Of a stretch of 64,000 bases of DNA, positions 12,927-27,149 are shown piece after piece. The stretch lies in the NCBI GenBank assembly GCA_951406725.2, contig OX597816.1, positions 114,824,001 to 114,888,000 on the forward strand, in the 5' to 3' direction. Numbering within the stretch: the stretch's first letter is position 1; each line of letters begins with the position of its first letter. The notes under the pieces are model-generated. The model was not told the origin of the DNA and did not search any database. It saw only the letters and a program-made list of their open reading frames with translations. The DNA comes from Octopus vulgaris. Its lineage: Eukaryota. A program made the position numbers and the translations under genes.

Positions 12927-13479
12927 GTATAAATAAATAAATTTAGAACTGCATACAAATGGTCGTTAATGCCTGTCTGCCTTCATGTTTGCCTGCCTAT
13001 GTCCTTGTTTGTCTATCTGTCTATTACTCAGTCTGTCCAACTGTCACTTCATTTATCTTTTGATCCATTCATCCATCCATAGCTAAGTATCTACAAATAT
13101 AACACTGGACTGGTCAAAACCTTGTGGGTAGATTATATATGCAACACACACACACACATAGTATAATTCAAGTAAAATCCTTGTAATGTACATTTAAAAG
13201 TTCCTATACTGTTATTTGTTTATCACTTGTTATTCTATAGTAGTGTATATTTCAGAGCTGGGATACACATGTGGAACTTCTCTTCACATAAGATTCATAT
13301 AAAAATAATATAACACAGGGAAGGAAGATACCAGGCTTTAATAGTAGATCACAAATGTGTGGTGCAGAAACAAATGTTGCGAACTAATATTAAAGCTTGG
13401 TATTTTACATCCTCATGTTTTATTATTCTTATAGATAGATATATTTATTAATTCAAAGTGTTCAGTATTATATCTCCAT

Positions 13480-13574
13480 TACGGCAGATCTTACTAATCT
13501 GTTTCGCACTAAGGGTTCAATGGGGTGTTTTGCAAAAGTCTGATTATGTAACCATGTGCTCTTCAGAGGTAGCC
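13480..13574 (-). ncRNA. Type-I hammerhead ribozyme motif (full-size stems, cleavage triplet mutated)
   Basis: Minus strand: CTGAAGA gcac...gtgc GAAA cagat-tagtaag-atctg CC. Canonical core, G10.1-C11.1 pair and a 5-bp stem III. U16.1 is changed to C and stem I is weak. Confidence 0.6.
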
Positions 13575-13951
13575 AGTATAAAATGAAATATTGCGAAGCT
13601 GATTGGCCATAATGGGTATACAATACTGTACACTTTGGATTAATATACCCACTCCACTGACAGCTATACAAGTATATGTGTGTGTGTGTGTGTTTGTGCT
13701 TCTTTATCTTGAAATTACATGATAATTGTAAACAAGTGCTGCTTTCGTCAAATGGTATCATTTCTTTCCAGTCTTCTATCAAAATATGTCTAGCTGAGAG
13801 AAAATATAACATTAATTTGGAAACAGGTGAAGGTTAGTAATAGGAAGGACATCTGCCCATGGAAAGTCAACCTCAATGAATTCTATCTGACCTATGGAAG
13901 TATAGAAAAGTGGACTTTAAAATAATGAGGACAATAAAGCTGATTATGATG

Positions 13952-13997
<46 letters not shown>

Positions 13998-14154
13998 AAA
14001 AAAATACAAACTGGGACAGGAACACAAAACATTTAGAAGACGATACAAAAAACACGGACGGGACATTCAAAGCCTTCAATCTTCAGTCTAGAACCGGATC
14101 ATCTTCGCAATTTCGGCTGATTAATATATATATATGTATGTATATATATATATG

Positions 14155-14188
<34 letters not shown>

Positions 14189-14364
14189 AATGTATGTATG
14201 TATGTATGAATGTATGTATGTATGCATGCACATATGTATGTATATTTGTATATATGTATATATGTATAGGCAAGTATGTATGTGTGTTGGTGTATATGTA
14301 TGTGTGTACATGTGTATATATATATTTAGAGACTTGTATGTATGTATGTATGTATTTCTCTTAT

Positions 14365-14500
14365 TTATTCTTTTGTGAAGAACAGCATATGCTCAAAGCG
14401 TAAAATATTTCTAATTTTCCTTAGCATAAACTTAATATACCCTATTTGTTTTTTTACCTCATCTTCATGTTGTTTTTTTAAATTTTTTTGCACCCTCATA
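14365..14500 (+). mobile_element. PLE terminal-repeat fragment with decayed hammerhead
   Basis: tttt GTGAAGA a cagc-atat-gctc aaa gcg TA aaa. Downstream sequence matches the reverse complement of 49815-49860 at the end of the PLE. Confidence 0.5.
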
Positions 14501-14537
14501 TGTCTGTATCTATGTTAAATATTGTAGGATATGTATT

Positions 14538-14576
<39 letters not shown>

Positions 14577-15104
14577 ATGCATGTAATGTAACAAATTGAA
14601 AGATCTTATTTCTTAAAGGGAGGGAATATATATTCTTTATTACAAAATGTATAAAATATATAAGACATTAATATATGATATAAAAATATAGTGGAACCAA
14701 AAAAGGTTTCATCTTTTATAAATCTTTAACAGGAAATAAACTGGTAATCAATGTTAGATGGCAAATTTATTCAACGTATAAAATTCAAAATCTTTGCTGT
14801 TAAAGATTTGAGAAAGATGGAATAATATTTGGTATTAGATATTCATATCTATGTTGTTTGTAGCGATTATGTATTTATGTATATGTGTGTGCATGTCTTT
14901 TTGTGTGAGTGTGTATGTGCATTTATATGTGTGTGTGCACGCATGTATGCAAGTGTGTTTGAATGTATGTACATGTATGATTCTGTGTACATATGTGTGT
15001 ACATACATACACACACGTATGTGTGTGCATATGTATATGTATATGTGTGTGTGTGCATATATATATGCATATATGCATGTGTGCATAAGTAAATATTACA
15101 TAGG

Positions 15105-15151
<47 letters not shown>

Positions 15152-15169
15152 ATATATATATATATATAT

Positions 15170-15202
<33 letters not shown>

Positions 15203-15521
15203 CAGAGAGATGCATGATGTTGATTTATTATATAAATGAATATATAAAATGCGTGTACATGCATTTGTAAGTATGTGTGTGTGTGAAATATATAGTGAGT
15301 AAGAGAGAGAGAGGTATACGATGTTCATATATAATATAAATGAATACATAAGTGTGTGTAGGTGTATATGCAGGTATGTATGTTATATATGCGTACATAT
15401 AAATACACACACACACATGTACACACAGAGAAACACACACATATATAAATGTCATTCTGATAAATATTTGATTTTTATTTTGTGTTTTGTATTTTTTTTT
15501 TCTTTTTTGTCTTCCTGGTAG

Positions 15522-15737
15522 GACTTATATATTAGTGAATCAGGAATGTATTGTAATTCAAGGAAACAGCCGATTGAGAACTGTGTCTTAAGTGGAACGA
15601 GTCATGGCTTTAAAACATTACTTTTAACTTCACACTGAGAAACGTGTTTTTCAGACGAAATCCATGTTGAATTTCAAAGCCTGAATCTTTCTCAATCTTT
15701 GTATATTTGCTAAAATGCAGACAGATGTAACCTGAAG
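15522..15737 (+). other. Candidate non-coding/UTR exon
   Basis: Long U-rich tract plus AG at 15520-21; AAG|gttagc donor; unique sequence between microsatellites; stops in all three frames. Confidence 0.3.
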
Positions 15738-15992
15738 GTTAGCGTTTGTAGAAAATATATATTTTGCTGTGAATAGATTTTGAAAAATATTTTTTAATTT
15801 CTTTTTTTTTTGTATATATCATTCTTTATCTCTCATCTGCATTTTTTTCTTATAATTCTTTAATCTTTTATATATATATTTAATATTACTATTATTTTTT
15901 TCTCCTCACAAATTGTTTATTTTCTCAGAATTTCATATATTATTAGTTCTTATATCCACAGACACATACTTTCACATGCATCTATCACTAGA

Positions 15993-16043
<51 letters not shown>

Positions 16044-16330
16044 CATACTTACATACATAGATATATATTTATGTCATATATATATATGTATATATGTATA
16101 TGTACATATATATATATATATTTATAATACACACACACACATAAATATACAGACACATAAAAGCTTATATATATATTTGTATATCTACCAATACATATTT
16201 ATGTATTTATGTGTTCACACACACAAACACGCAAACATACATAAATATATACTTATATTTATATATCTATAACTCTCTCTCAATGCCTCTCTCTCTCTCT
16301 CTAACTGTCCATCCATCTATCTATCTATCC

Positions 16331-16406
<76 letters not shown>

Positions 16407-16896
16407 GTGTATCTTTCCATTAATCTATGCATGTATATATGCATATATATATATATACACATATATATATATATACATATATGTATGTATATGTATATAC
16501 ATATATATATATACAGACACACACATATATATATCTATACATATGTATATACAGACACCTGCACAAACGCATATATATCCCTTCTTTATGTTCTTTGTAT
16601 TCTTTCATTTCAATATTTAATTCATTCGATTAATGGTGGATTCCAAGTCTGTGTTATACTGTGAAGATATATCTAAAAATGTTCAGACATTATAGCACAA
16701 TTGACGAAAGACTGCAAAAATTTGAATTGCAATGGTGGGGGTGCTGTAATGTGAGATAAAAGTGTATGTTGCTGAAACCTTGGGAAACCCATAACAATAT
16801 ATTTAGGATGTACACAACAATCTTATTTGTCTAATATAAATTTTATTTCCACCTTTGCAACAGAGCTGGCTATGAAGATCACTCTGCAACCTTCTT

Positions 16897-17135
16897 TTAA
16901 CCCCTTGTAGACAGATTTAGTACTGACAGTCTGTGCTGTGTACCGATATTAGGCCTTTCAGTAACTACATAATTATTCATACAAGGAATTTTACAGTATA
17001 TTTACAGTGTATTTACAGATTCTTCTCAACGTGTTATATTTGAAAACACAGTGCTGCACAAAGCAGGACATTCCACTGCTCACACACACAGTGTTTTGAT
17101 GCAGTCAGTACCACTTCCTGTCTGCAAGGAGTTAA
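16897..17135. mobile_element. piggyBac-type MITE
   Basis: TTAA-CCCCTTGTAGACAG ... CTGTCTGCAAGGAG-TTAA. Confidence 0.75.
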
Positions 17136-17137
17136 CT

Positions 17138-17350
17138 CAGTGTTTCTTTACCGGGGTTTCCTGGAGCCTTAGGGTTACACATTAGGTTCCTAGGAGTTCT
17201 GCAAGAAAGAGTGAGATAAGCTAATGATAATTTCATGATCATAATATTACCATACATGCAAAAGATATTATTGCTTATTGTAATATAGACATCATCCTAT
17301 CTAACCTATTATCCTACTAGGTTACTAGGTTATCAAAAAATATACAACAA

Positions 17351-17393
<43 letters not shown>

Positions 17394-17523
17394 ATTTACC
17401 ATGTGAACTACGATGAAAAAATATGAGAAAGATATAGTATATAATTTTTTTTGTGCAGGGATTCCTTGAGACATGTAATTAATTTTAAGGGTTACACAAG
17501 GGTAAAAAGGTTGAGTGACACTA
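17138..17523. mobile_element. hAT (Charlie-like) MITE
   Basis: Ends cagtgtttctttacc ... ggttgagtgacacta; imperfect 8-bp TSD agttaact/ggttaaca. Confidence 0.6.
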
Positions 17524-18204
17524 GGTTAACAAGACAAAGCAGGCTGTTTTCCCCTATCTGGTACTTATGCTGAAAGAGCTTCTGCGGTGAATGAGTTTGA
17601 AACAACTGTGAACTGACACATTCTTTTTCCTGTCAAGCCCTCATTGGAGTTTTCATATTTCACTTTGAAAGAAAGTTGTGAGTTAAGAGGTAAGTGCTTT
17701 TTGCCAATGGATTTATGAAAAGGTGAGTGACTGTAGTGAAAATGATGAAAGAAGATGGATAGTACCTTAGGTACACACTTGTTACTCCAGAAAGAGCTGT
17801 TGGGGAGGATATGTGCTTTGGTGGTTAAGATGATCAGAGATCCGTAGGGTTTTGGCCTATCTGGTGAACCATAAAGGATACAATTTCTCTGTCAGGAAAA
17901 ATGTACTATCCACAAATATATATATATTCTATCTTATTGTTATCTTTTATTATGGCCATACTGGGGTACCACTTAAAGGGTTTTAGTTAAGCAGATCAAA
18001 CAAATTATTTTTTTTAAGTATGGCACTTATTCTATCAGTTTCTTTTGTCTAGCTGCTGAGTTGTGGGGACATAGACAAACAACACTTGACAAGCAGTTGT
18101 GGGCAACAAACACACATATGTACATATATACACATAAATATATGCGTGTGCGTATGTATATATGTGTGTATATATGTATCTGTCTATCTATCCATCTGAG
18201 TATC

Positions 18205-18263
<59 letters not shown>

Positions 18264-18664
18264 GTATATATATATATGTTGATATATATATATATATATA
18301 TATATATCTTTACTCTCTTTTACTTGTTTCAGTCATTTGACTGCGGCCATGCTGGAGCACCACTTTTTAGTCGAGAAAATCGACCTCAGGACTTATTCTT
18401 TGTAAGCCTAGAACTTATTCTATCAGTCTCTTTTGCCGAACCACTAAGTAACAGGGACGTAAACATACCAGCATCGGTTGTCAAGCAATGTTGGGGGGAC
18501 AAACACAGACACACAAACACACACACGTACACATATATATACATATATATACAACGGGCTTCTTTCAGTTTCCATCTACCAAATCCACTCACAAGGCTTT
18601 GGTCGGCCCGAGGCTATAGTAGAAGACACTTTCCCAAGGTGCCACACAGTGGGACTGAACCCAG

Positions 18665-19055
18665 CATTGCCCACTCAACTTCAACATTAGTTTCAGAATT
18701 CATCCAAAGTTAGGGCCACATATCATACATTCCCTACCCGATCCAGGATCACAACACATAAATGCACTGCAACACAATTTCTTTTCCTCAGCAGGCCCTG
18801 CCCTATTTAACATTGTCCCAAAACAAATCATAGAGGGAAAAGATCTCTTCACCTTTAAACAAAATCTGGACAAATTTCTTCAACGGACACCAGATGAGCC
18901 ACCTATACCTGGATACAACTCACTCAACAAGAACTTATTACTTGAATGAGCTATGATACCACAAAACTTGATTTAAAAAGGATTTAGCAAATCCTAACTG
19001 GTGGTGCTATTAAGTTAGACATGGCCTGGGTCAATCTTGGGTCAAAACATTCAAG
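18665..19055 (+). pseudogene. CR1-group LINE ORF2 C-terminus / 3' end
   Basis: Translation HNFFSSAGPALFNIVPKQIIEGKDLFTFKQNLDKFLQRTPDEPPIPGY, matching the F..GP.LFN.LP...FK..LD.FL...PD.P...GY pattern of CR1/Jockey-group ORF2 ends. Confidence 0.7.
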
Positions 19056-19193
19056 TTTGTGGTAAGTGGCTTGCTTACCAGCCACATGGTTCTGGGTTCA
19101 GTCCCATTGCCTGGCACCTTGAGCAAGTGACTTCTATCCTAGCCTCAGGCTAGTGAATTTGCTAGATGGAAACTGAAAGAAGCCCATCATACA

Positions 19194-19233
<40 letters not shown>

Positions 19234-19235
<2 letters not shown>

Positions 19236-20500
19236 TTAATAAATAAATAAAACATATGCATATATACATACATATATGTACGTACCTACCTCTATGTGTA
19301 TATATACATGCATATATGGGTACAGGACACCAAAAAAAATGTCAAACACAATGAGAAACGAAAACATAAACACAAAACCAAGGAAATGGACATTTTTCTT
19401 AAACAACGAAAAAATAGAGTGCAGGACATACAAAACAAGGAAAATTCCCATTCTTCAGTCGCCTTTGTTTCATCTACTCCACGTTTCAAAGGTCAAGGCG
19501 CTACATGACTTTAATGAAACATTGCTTCCTGCGAAAATCAAATTAAAATAAAATTTGAGATGTTTTTGCGGAGGGGTAAAAATGGTAACAAAAACAGGAC
19601 AGTAACGACAGTACAAAATATAAACAGTAAAAGACAGGACAAGGAGAATAACAGTAACAGAAACAAGAAGGGCTGTTAAGCCGAACGAGATAAAATATTT
19701 TTTACAAATGCTATTTTTTGAGAAAGGTGAGGGAGCAACAGATGTGCCGTCTCTACTTGAAGGTAGCCAGGAGAAGAAAGACAATAGTAGCCTTCTCATC
19801 ACATGTCCGTGAAGGGAGGGAGGAGGAGGAGTAAGAGAAAGGGAGAGAAAAAAAGGAAATGGTTGTAGAGAAAAGAATGAAGAATGAGAGAGAGAGAGAG
19901 AGGGAGAGACAGTAAGGTAGAAGAAAAGGAAAGCCAAACGAATGAAGGCTGAGAAAGGGAGGGAGAGAGAAAGGTTAAAAGTGCGCATCATTATTAATAT
20001 TAAGAACAATCTTACTTAGAAATGGATGCGTGCGTTCCGTCATAATAAATTAATAAATAAATAAAACATATGCATATATGCATACATATATGTACGTACC
20101 TACCTCTACATGTATATATATATATGTTTTTACGTCCTGTTTTTGTCACTATTTTTTTTTCCTTGTTTTTACCCCTCTGCAAAGGAATTTTATTTAATTC
20201 TTTCGCAGGAAGGATTAGTTCGACGAGTCGTGTTATGTCCTCACCTTCGAAACACGCTGGAGTTGAACTAGGGACAGCTGATGAAGGGGATTTTTCCTTG
20301 TGTAGTTTGTCTTGTACTCTGTTTTTTCGTTGTTAAAAAAGGTCCGTTCCATGCTTGTTTTTACATTTTCGTTTCTCGTTGAGTTCTACGTCTATTTGTG
20401 GTGTCCTGTACTCATGTATATATATTTATATATGCATGTATATCTACATGTAGATGTAGGTACGTACATATATGTATGTATGTATGCATAGATTTTATTT
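19234..20500. mobile_element. PLE-like terminal-repeat remnant with direct plus inverted copies
   Basis: 19234-19320 is repeated directly at 20049-20125. 19245-19620 is repeated inverted and diverged at 20125-20500. Both long copies carry GAAAC...CTGANGA motifs. Confidence 0.55.
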
Positions 20501-20587
20501 GTTACACTATTGTATGACTGAGCGCCCTCGCGTTGATTCGATTCGATTCGTTTCGTTTCGTTTCTTTCTTCTCTAAGCAAGATTTTA

Positions 20588-20620
<33 letters not shown>

Positions 20621-20920
20621 GTATATATATATATGTGAGTGTGAGTCTGTGTTTGTACCCCCAACATCGCTTGACAACCGATGCTGGTGTGTTTACATAA
20701 CTTAGCAGTTTGGCAAAAGAGACCGATAGTGTAAGTACTAGGTTTACAAAGAATGAGTCCTGGGGTTGATTTGTTTGACTAAAGGTAGTATTCCAGCATG
20801 ACCATGTATATATATATATATATATATATAGTCAATAATATATAGTCAATTGACTAAATTTTTTACACGCTAGGCCACTGGTAATGGAAATTTCTAATGT
20901 TTCAGATTACCCTTTGATAT

Positions 20921-20977
<57 letters not shown>

Positions 20978-21529
20978 CAAAAATTATTATAATTATAAAC
21001 ATAATTATAATTAGGGCTTAGCAAAATTGCTTCACCACATACTGAAATTTAGAAATAGCTGTTAAATACTATTCTACTACCATGATTAGTAATTATAATG
21101 TCCTACTGATGTCCTAGGACATAATGTCCTACTGACATTTCCCTCAGTGTAATCATATATAAGTATCCATACATACACACACATACACACACACATATAA
21201 ATTCGATTAGAGGTTATGTTTTATATATATATATCCTTTTGTTTAATGCTATAAGAAAAAGTTGGAGGAGGAGGAGGAGGAGGAGGAGGAGGAAAAGGAG
21301 TAGGAGTAGGAGGAGGCAGATGGTAGTGTTGAAAAACCAGAATGACAATGGTACTGATAATGACAACAATGGTGATGATGACGACGACAATAATAATGAT
21401 GGTAGGTATAACTATAACAATAATAATAAAAATGTTAGCAATATTAAAGATAATAATGTTGCTAATTGAAATCAAGTGAGTGATTCATAGAACAGCACAT
21501 TTAAACAACTTGATCTAAGAATTATAATA

Positions 21530-21579
<50 letters not shown>

Positions 21580-21582
<3 letters not shown>

Positions 21583-21935
21583 AGTTACAATACCAGTGAT
21601 CGTAGGAGCACTAGTAATGATCAAGAAGGGAACCGAAAATTATATGAGAATGATCCCTGGCTTACCATCCCTGCAAGAAGTGCAAAAGATTGTCTTAACT
21701 GGTACATCACACGTATTGAGAAGAGCATTGTCGATGTGAAAACTATTATTACTACCCATGTATTTTAATTTAACTTAAAAAAAAAAAAGTGAACGAACTA
21801 TTGAGTTTAGTTTAATGGCCTACCAATGTATACTATGAGTTTCTTTGCCCTAGGAGTCGGGAAGACACTCGGCAAGAAATGAAAGCAAATTTGAAAGAAA
21901 AAAAAATAATAATAATAGTAATAATAATAATAATT
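21580..21935 (+). mobile_element. 5'-truncated R4/Dong-like (RLE) non-LTR retrotransposon in a TAA/TGA microsatellite
   Basis: IPVIVGALVMIKKG...LQEVQKIVLTGTSHVLRRALSM* is the C-terminus of a restriction-like endonuclease domain; the 3' UTR ends in (TAA)n. Confidence 0.8.
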
Positions 21936-22020
21936 ATTATTATTATTACTATTATTATTATTATTCTTATTATCATTATCATTATCATCATCATTATTAT
22001 TATTATTATCATTATTATTA

Positions 22021-22069
<49 letters not shown>

Positions 22070-22515
22070 AGAAATGAGCTGGTAGAATCATTAGCATGCC
22101 GGACAGAATGCTTGGCGACATTTCGTTTGTCTTGACGTTCTGAGTTCAAATTCAGCCGAGATTGACTTTGCCTTTCATCTTTGGAGGTTGCTGGATTAAG
22201 GACCACTGAAACACTGGGGTCAAAGTAATTGGCTAAATTCCCCCACCACCATCACCAAATTTCAGGCCTTGTACTTTAAGTAAAAAGAATTATAATAATA
22301 GATTTAAGTAAAAAGGATTATTATTACTGGTTTCAAATTCTGGCATAAAGCCAGCAATTTTAGGGGAGAAGGCAAGCCAATTACATCAACCCCTGTACAC
22401 AACTGGTACTTATTTTATCGACCCTGAAAGGATAAAAGGCAAAGTCAACATTGCCAGAGTTTGAACTCAGAATATGAAGACGGATGAAATGTCACTAAGT
22501 TCTTTTCCTGGTGTG

Positions 22516-22808
22516 CAGTGGTGGACTGGCCAGGTTGCCAGCTTGTCTGATGGCAAGTGGGCCCCTGCATCAATTAGAATCCATATATGAGGGCCCATGT
22601 TAGTATCTAAGGAACCCATCCCCTCAAGTTTGTGGATTTTTTATTCACTTCTGGTAGAATGCATTAATTATTTCACCCTGGCTCTGTTTGTAGACAGCTG
22701 AAAAGAATACTTTTAATTAAAAAAAAAAATTAAATGATAACATTGTAGTTGTGGGTGGGCCACCATAGTCTCCTGGCAGCCAATATTTTTAGACCCAATG
22801 CACCACTG
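22516..22808. mobile_element. hAT MITE with perfect 8-bp TSD, inserted into a family-C SINE
   Basis: TIR cagtggtggactgg / ccaatgcaccactg; TSD CTGGTGTG at 22508-22515 and 22809-22816. Confidence 0.9.
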
Positions 22809-22859
22809 CTGGTGTGCTAACAATTCTGCCAGCTTGCCTTATTATTATTATTATTATTA

Positions 22860-22921
<62 letters not shown>

Positions 22922-23194
22922 AGGTAGTGAGCTGGCAGAATCATCAGCATGCTGACCTTGTGGCAAAAATTTGAAATAATTAGCATTATTATTATCACAA
23001 GTAAATATTTCAATTCTTTCATTTAAATGGTCCTGGAATGTTTAAAATTTTACAATTGGGTTCTTATTCATCATCAAATGATCTGATGGCATTTCAAAGA
23101 ATTGTAGAATTCCCTTCAAGTCTGTTGAAATTCTTACAATATTACAATAGTGGATATCCTGTCTAGGAGAACTGATTTTTGTCATTATTGCTTC

Positions 23195-23294
<100 letters not shown>

Positions 23295-24205
23295 TTATAT
23301 CTATCTATATATATATATGCATAATATTTTTATATGTATGTATGTTTATACATAATGTATACATGGTACTTACAGATATATATTTAAGTATTGATGTAAC
23401 ATCTAAGTTACATCAATGCATACATAAATTATAAATTTCATGGCATCTGATTTTTTTGCAGAAAAAATTTTTTCAGTCATATTTTTCAAACTATTTCTTA
23501 CAGTTCAGTATTTTTTGTCATCATCATCATCATCATCATCATCATCGTCATCGTCACCGTCACCATCATCATCATCATCATCATCATTATTATCACCGTC
23601 ATCATCATTATTATTCCTATCATTATTATCATCTTTTTCTAGCATCTCTATTGCTTAATCTTCTATTTACCCATGCACACATATATTTAATAATACATAC
23701 AAACATATGGACATATATACATAGATGCACATATATATTACATAATGTATATATGTGTGTGTGTGTGTGCATGTCTGTGTGTGCATATATATATATATAT
23801 GTATGAAATAAATACAGGTTTTCATTTAACAATATATCCTTTATTATTTGTGTTTTGTCATCGTTAGTTGTTTTTTTTCCCTAACAATCATTATTCTATT
23901 TACTTAAACCATCTCATTTTACCATGTTCAATGAAGTGAAATGGTAAAAGAAAAATATTTGAAAAAAAAAATGAAAAGGAATTAAAAAATGGAAATAAAT
24001 GAAAAAGTGCACAGAATATGAAAAAGAAGAAACAACACAAATCAAAACAGATATGGGAAGCGAATTTAAAATAAAAAGAACACATTTACAGGTACGCAAA
24101 ACTGTGTATGGGTACAATGGGTATATGTGTATGCCTCTGTATGTATGTTTTTGTACGTGTGTGTATGTGTATGTATATATATACGTATACATATATATGC
24201 ATATA

Positions 24206-24258
<53 letters not shown>

Positions 24259-24348
24259 ATGTATATATATATGCATATATATGTATACATATATATGCAT
24301 ATGTACATGTATATATGTATGTATATATATGTATATATATGTATATAT

Positions 24349-24401
<53 letters not shown>

Positions 24402-24688
24402 CATACACCCATAAATCCACATATAGAAATATATTTACATATTTTGATGTACACATATGCAAACACACACACACACAAAATATTATTTCAAATGGAATAG
24501 AATAAAAAGTCCAATTATTTTTCTTTTATAATATTAAAGTAGAAATCCTCAAGGCCTTTTTATAATGGTTGATAATTTCAAAAACTGAACATAGTTCTTA
24601 GCATTTCATTTTTTCTTACAACTTTTGGTGGGATTTTGGGGTAGTTTCCCGTCATTATCCATTACTTTCCTTTGTTATTTGATGTGTG

Positions 24689-24758
<70 letters not shown>

Positions 24759-25072
24759 CTATATACATATATATGCTCATTTCTTTGTTTATTTCCATAG
24801 TAAGTATATATATATATATATATATATATATGTCTGTCTGTCTATCTATCTATCTATATGTGAGTACTGGACAAGCCTTGTTAGTGTTGTGGTTGCCTTG
24901 TTTTTTATGTGAAACTTCTTTGACTCTTCTTAAGCTACAGCAAATAGAACAAGGATCTTTCTCCACCTTTTTCTACCACTTCTTATTCCTGTGTTTGATA
25001 TCATGCTTTTCCTTACATCATCTTATATATTTTTGATTCTCCATCCCAATTCTCCTCCATCTCCTCCTCTTC

Positions 25073-25104
<32 letters not shown>

Positions 25105-25278
25105 CTTCTTCTTCTTCTTCTTCTTCTTCTTCTTCTGCTTCTCCTCCCCCTCCTCCTCCTCCTCCTCCTCCACTTTTCTCCCCTTCTTCTCTCTTTCCCT
25201 TTTCTCCCCTTCTTCTCTCTTTTTTTCTTTTATTGCTTCTTCATTCCATTCCTTTTCTTCCTCCCCACTTCAATTCTT

Positions 25279-25321
<43 letters not shown>

Positions 25322-25591
25322 CTTCCTTCCATTCTCTTTCCTTCGTTCTTTCTTTATTTCTTTCTTCCTTCCTTTCATCCTTCCAACTTCCCTTTTCATT
25401 CTTTTTCCTTCTTTCCTTCCCTCCTTCTTTCCATTCCTTTCCATTCCATTCCATTCCTTTCCTTCTTTCCCCTATTCCTTCACTACCATTCTTCCCTTCA
25501 TCTTCTCCTTCCTCTCCCTCTCCCACTCCCACTCCCATCCCCTATGGTCACCATCACCGTCCTCTCTCCTCCACCACTTCTATTTACTTAC

Positions 25592-25656
25592 CTTTATCAG
25601 TTTTAAGGTGGCAAATAATTACAGAATACACAATATCCACTGGGCAGTGTGCCAAC
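25592..25656 (-). other. Candidate 65-nt exon
   Basis: Minus strand ctaattttcag|GTTGG...TAAAG|gtaagt; one open frame (LAHCPVDIVYSVIICHLKTDK), not recognised. Confidence 0.35.
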
Positions 25657-27149
25657 CTGAAAATTAGCCAACTTAGGTTTTCATCTAATGATGAAAGTTT
25701 TTCAGGAAATATCTCAGGTTTTATATCTTTTCTTCGTTTTTTTTTTGTTTTTTGTTGTCTTCTGTCTTTTTGTGTTTTTTTTTTGTCATTTTCACTTAGA
25801 AATTCATTAATAGATTTCTATATTCATTTGGATTTTTCTTTGTGTTTTTTCTCCCTTATTTTTCCCTATCTCTGGCAACAACAACAGCAATAAAAAGGTG
25901 TTAAAATAGAATTTAAAAAAAAAGATGGAAACCTAACCACCTATAGGGGGAATAAAACACAAACAACAAAAACACTGAAAGAAACAAAAACCAAATCAGT
26001 TGTCTGCAGATTCCTCTAATTTCTTGACTAGTGAAACTGTGTGGATATAGCAATGATGCTAGTGGTACTGATGGTGATGGTGATGGTGGTGGTGGTGTCG
26101 GTGGTGGTGTTGATGGTGGTGTTGTGGTGGTGGTGTTGGTGGTGTTGAGGGTAATGGTGATGGTGGTAGGGGTGGTAGTTGTCACAGTTGTAGTGGTGAA
26201 AGCGTTGATGATGGGAAAGTGTTGGCAATGGTGGTATTCTCACTGGTGGTGTTGACGGTGGAGGTGGTGTTGGTGGTATTGTGATGTCACAATGATGGTG
26301 ATGGTAGTAGTGGTAGCAGTGGTGTTGATGGTGCTTGGAGTGTGTATGGTCCCGGTGACTGTGGAAGTAGTGCTAGTTGTAACGAAGGCAGGGATGAAAG
26401 TGTTGGTGCCTAACTAAAAAATCAAACAGGTGACTGAATCTATTTGAGCAAACATTCTATCGTCATATGAAGTAACTGAATCAATTGTTGTTGTTGTTGT
26501 TGTTGTTGCTGTTATTGCTACCATTTAACCCTGGGTCAGCCTTGACTGAAATGATTTGTAATCAAAGACAATCAAGCCATGACTAACCTGAGTTTCTCTC
26601 TTCTGTTTCTTTTTTTTATTTTCTTTTGCCAGGAAATACATCCAGGGTCACATTATTGAATATGTCCTCTGAAAACAGTAAGTATATGATGTCAGGAGGG
26701 ATTTTGCTGCTTTTTCTATCATGTAAACATATCACACAAAAGCTCCCTTGCTAAAATAATTTTATTAACCCTTTTGCATTCAGATTAGTCTGGCAAATGT
26801 GATGCTCATTTATTCATATTTCTTTTACTTTTACTTTCACTTTTACTTGTTTCATCTATTAGACTGCGACTATGCTGAGGCATGACATTGAAGAATTTCA
26901 ATCAAACAAACCAGCAGCAGTACTTATATATATATATATATATATCTTATAAGCCTAGTACTTATTCTACTGGTCTCTGTTTCCAAACCTTAAACACCAT
27001 CTCCAGATGTCAAGTGGTGGTTGTGGTGGGACAGACACAAAGATTCACACACACACAACACACATATATATATATTCTTTTATTCTTTTACTCATTTCAG
27101 TCATTTAACTGCAGCCATACTGGAGCACCACCTTAAAAAAATAAGTTTT

